Assembly (NCBI GenBank): GCA_038087875.1
Contig: JAXLNO010000093.1
Location: forward strand, 1-34,040
Source: Malacoraja senta
Taxonomy: Eukaryota
Direction of reading: 5' to 3'
Length of the DNA: 34,040 bases
Part shown: positions 32,887 through 34,040 of the stretch, piece by piece
Layout of the letters: every line of letters starts with the position of its first letter
How positions within the stretch are numbered: the first letter of the stretch is position 1
The notes under the pieces: generated by a model
The model's database searches: none
The model's input: the letters and a program-made list of their open reading frames with translations, nothing else
What the model was told of the DNA's origin: nothing
Position numbers and translations under genes: made by a program

Positions 32887-33162
32887 CTGAGATGTCCACC
32901 TGTGCGTGGGTGCTGGTCCCCACCAGAGTGTTGTGGATGGAGCAGTTGTAGGGTCCGTGTTGGGCGCTGGTCACAGTCAGCGAGCTGCGCACGGCCAGTA
33001 CTTGTCCGTTCCTGCCTCCATGGTGTCCTCGTGTCCCTCCAGCAGCCTCCCCTCGCCGTCCCTCCACTCCACCAGAGGCTCAGGGAACCATCCTCGTGCA
33101 TCTCAGCTGGATGGCACTGCCCTCGTAACCCGACATCCTCACTACCGGCTGCTCACCCTGGC
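32887..33162 (-). CDS. Butyrophilin-like IgC exon (276 nt), with two compensating frameshifts and a stop as assembled
   Basis: cccctcag|GC CAG...TCA G|gtgtgt. Frame A: (G)QGEQPVVRMSGYEGSAIQLRCT. Frame B: GWFPEPLVEWRDGEGRLLEGHEDTM. Frame A again: GRNGQVLAVRSSLTVTSAQHGPYNCSIHNTLVGTSTHAQVDIS. Both Ig cysteines and the GWFPxP motif are present. Confidence 0.85.
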
Positions 33163-33203
33163 CTGAGGGGGCAGGTGGTGGTCAATGGGGACATTGGTGA
33201 CCG

Positions 33204-34040
33204 TCTACTCCATTCACCCCTCACCCCCTCTAGATCCCCGCCTACTCTTCACTCCTCACCCCTCCTACTCCATTCACCCCTCACCCCCTCTAGATCCCCG
33301 CCTACTCTTCACCCCTCACCCCCTCCTACTCCATTCACCCCTCACCCCCTCTAGATCCCCACCAACTCCCCCTCAACCCCCCTCTACTCCACTCACCCCT
33401 CACCCCTTCCATCCCCAGCCTACTCTTCACCCCTTAACCCCCCTCTACTCCACTCACCCCTCACCCCCTCCATCCCCCGCCTACTCTTCACCCCTCAACC
33501 CCCTCTACTCCACTCATCCCCTCACCCCCTCCATCCCCCGCCTACTCTTCACCCCTCACCCCCTCCATCCCCCGCCTACTCCATTCACCCCTCAACCCTC
33601 CTCTACTCCATTCACCCCTCACCCCCTCCAGCTTCCCCTCCACCCCCTTCCTCTACCCATTCCCCCTCCATCCCCGTCTACTCCACTCACCCAGATCCCC
33701 CTCCAGATCCATCTCCTCCTCCCTTCCTCCCTCCTCTACCCCTTCCCCCCTCCAACTCCACTCACCCCTCACCCCCTCCAGCTCCCCCTCCATCCCCCGC
33801 CTACTCCATTCACCCCTCACCCCCTCCAGCTTCCCCTCCTCCCTTCCTCTCCTCCCTCTCCCCTTCCCCCTCTCATCCCCCCCTCACCCCTCTTCCCACC
33901 CTCTCCCTCTCCTCCTCCCCCCCTCCCAAGCCCTTCTCCTCCTCCACTCCCCGCTCCCCCTTCCTCCACCCCCTTCCTCCTCTGCCCCTCTCCTCTCCCC
34001 ATTCCCCCCCTCCTCCCCCAACCTCCCCCACCTTCCTGCT
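33204..34040. repeat. C-rich degenerate tandem repeat (~60-bp higher-order unit) and polypyrimidine low-complexity sequence
   Basis: Recurrent ctactccattcacccctcaccccctctagatccccgc units. Confidence 0.8.

Larger units (their letters stand above)
16527..33162 (-). other. Butyrophilin-like gene (IgC, TM, micro-exon coiled coil, B30.2); 5' part outside window; frameshifted as assembled
   Basis: Ten exons in butyrophilin order, all with AG/GT boundaries, all phase 1 except the 26-nt exon. Confidence 0.88.

Noticed and set aside
33163..34040. IgV or leader exon of the butyrophilin-like gene
   Set aside because: Only low-complexity repeat is present; the exon must lie beyond the window if it exists.

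Overview
Eukaryotic, repeat-dense vertebrate genomic DNA. It is most likely from a cartilaginous fish (skate/ray/shark), inferred from HE1-type V-SINEs, CR1/HER1-type LINEs and Penelope ends. Two spliced genes, mostly missed by the ORF track, lie tail-to-tail. (1) + strand: the last four coding exons of NELFE (3254-7376; RRM and C-terminus), an MHC class III marker gene in mammals. (2) - strand: a butyrophilin-like gene (33162 to 16527; the IgV exon and start lie outside the window) with an IgC exon, a TM exon, seven micro-exons (six of 27 nt, one of 26 nt) and a terminal PRY-SPRY/B30.2 exon. As assembled, the butyrophilin-like gene has two frameshifts in the IgC exon and a 1-nt-short micro-exon, so it is either a pseudogene or affected by consensus indel errors. 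The rest comprises CR1 LINEs and many 3' fragments, Rex1/Babar fragments, V-SINEs, a Penelope (GIY-YIG) remnant and Penelope ends with hammerhead-like motifs, two Harbinger-type MITEs with TSDs, a hAT-like MITE in two copies, a 676-bp solo LTR with a 4-bp TSD, and several minisatellites, some seeded from splice-donor or retroelement-end sequence.
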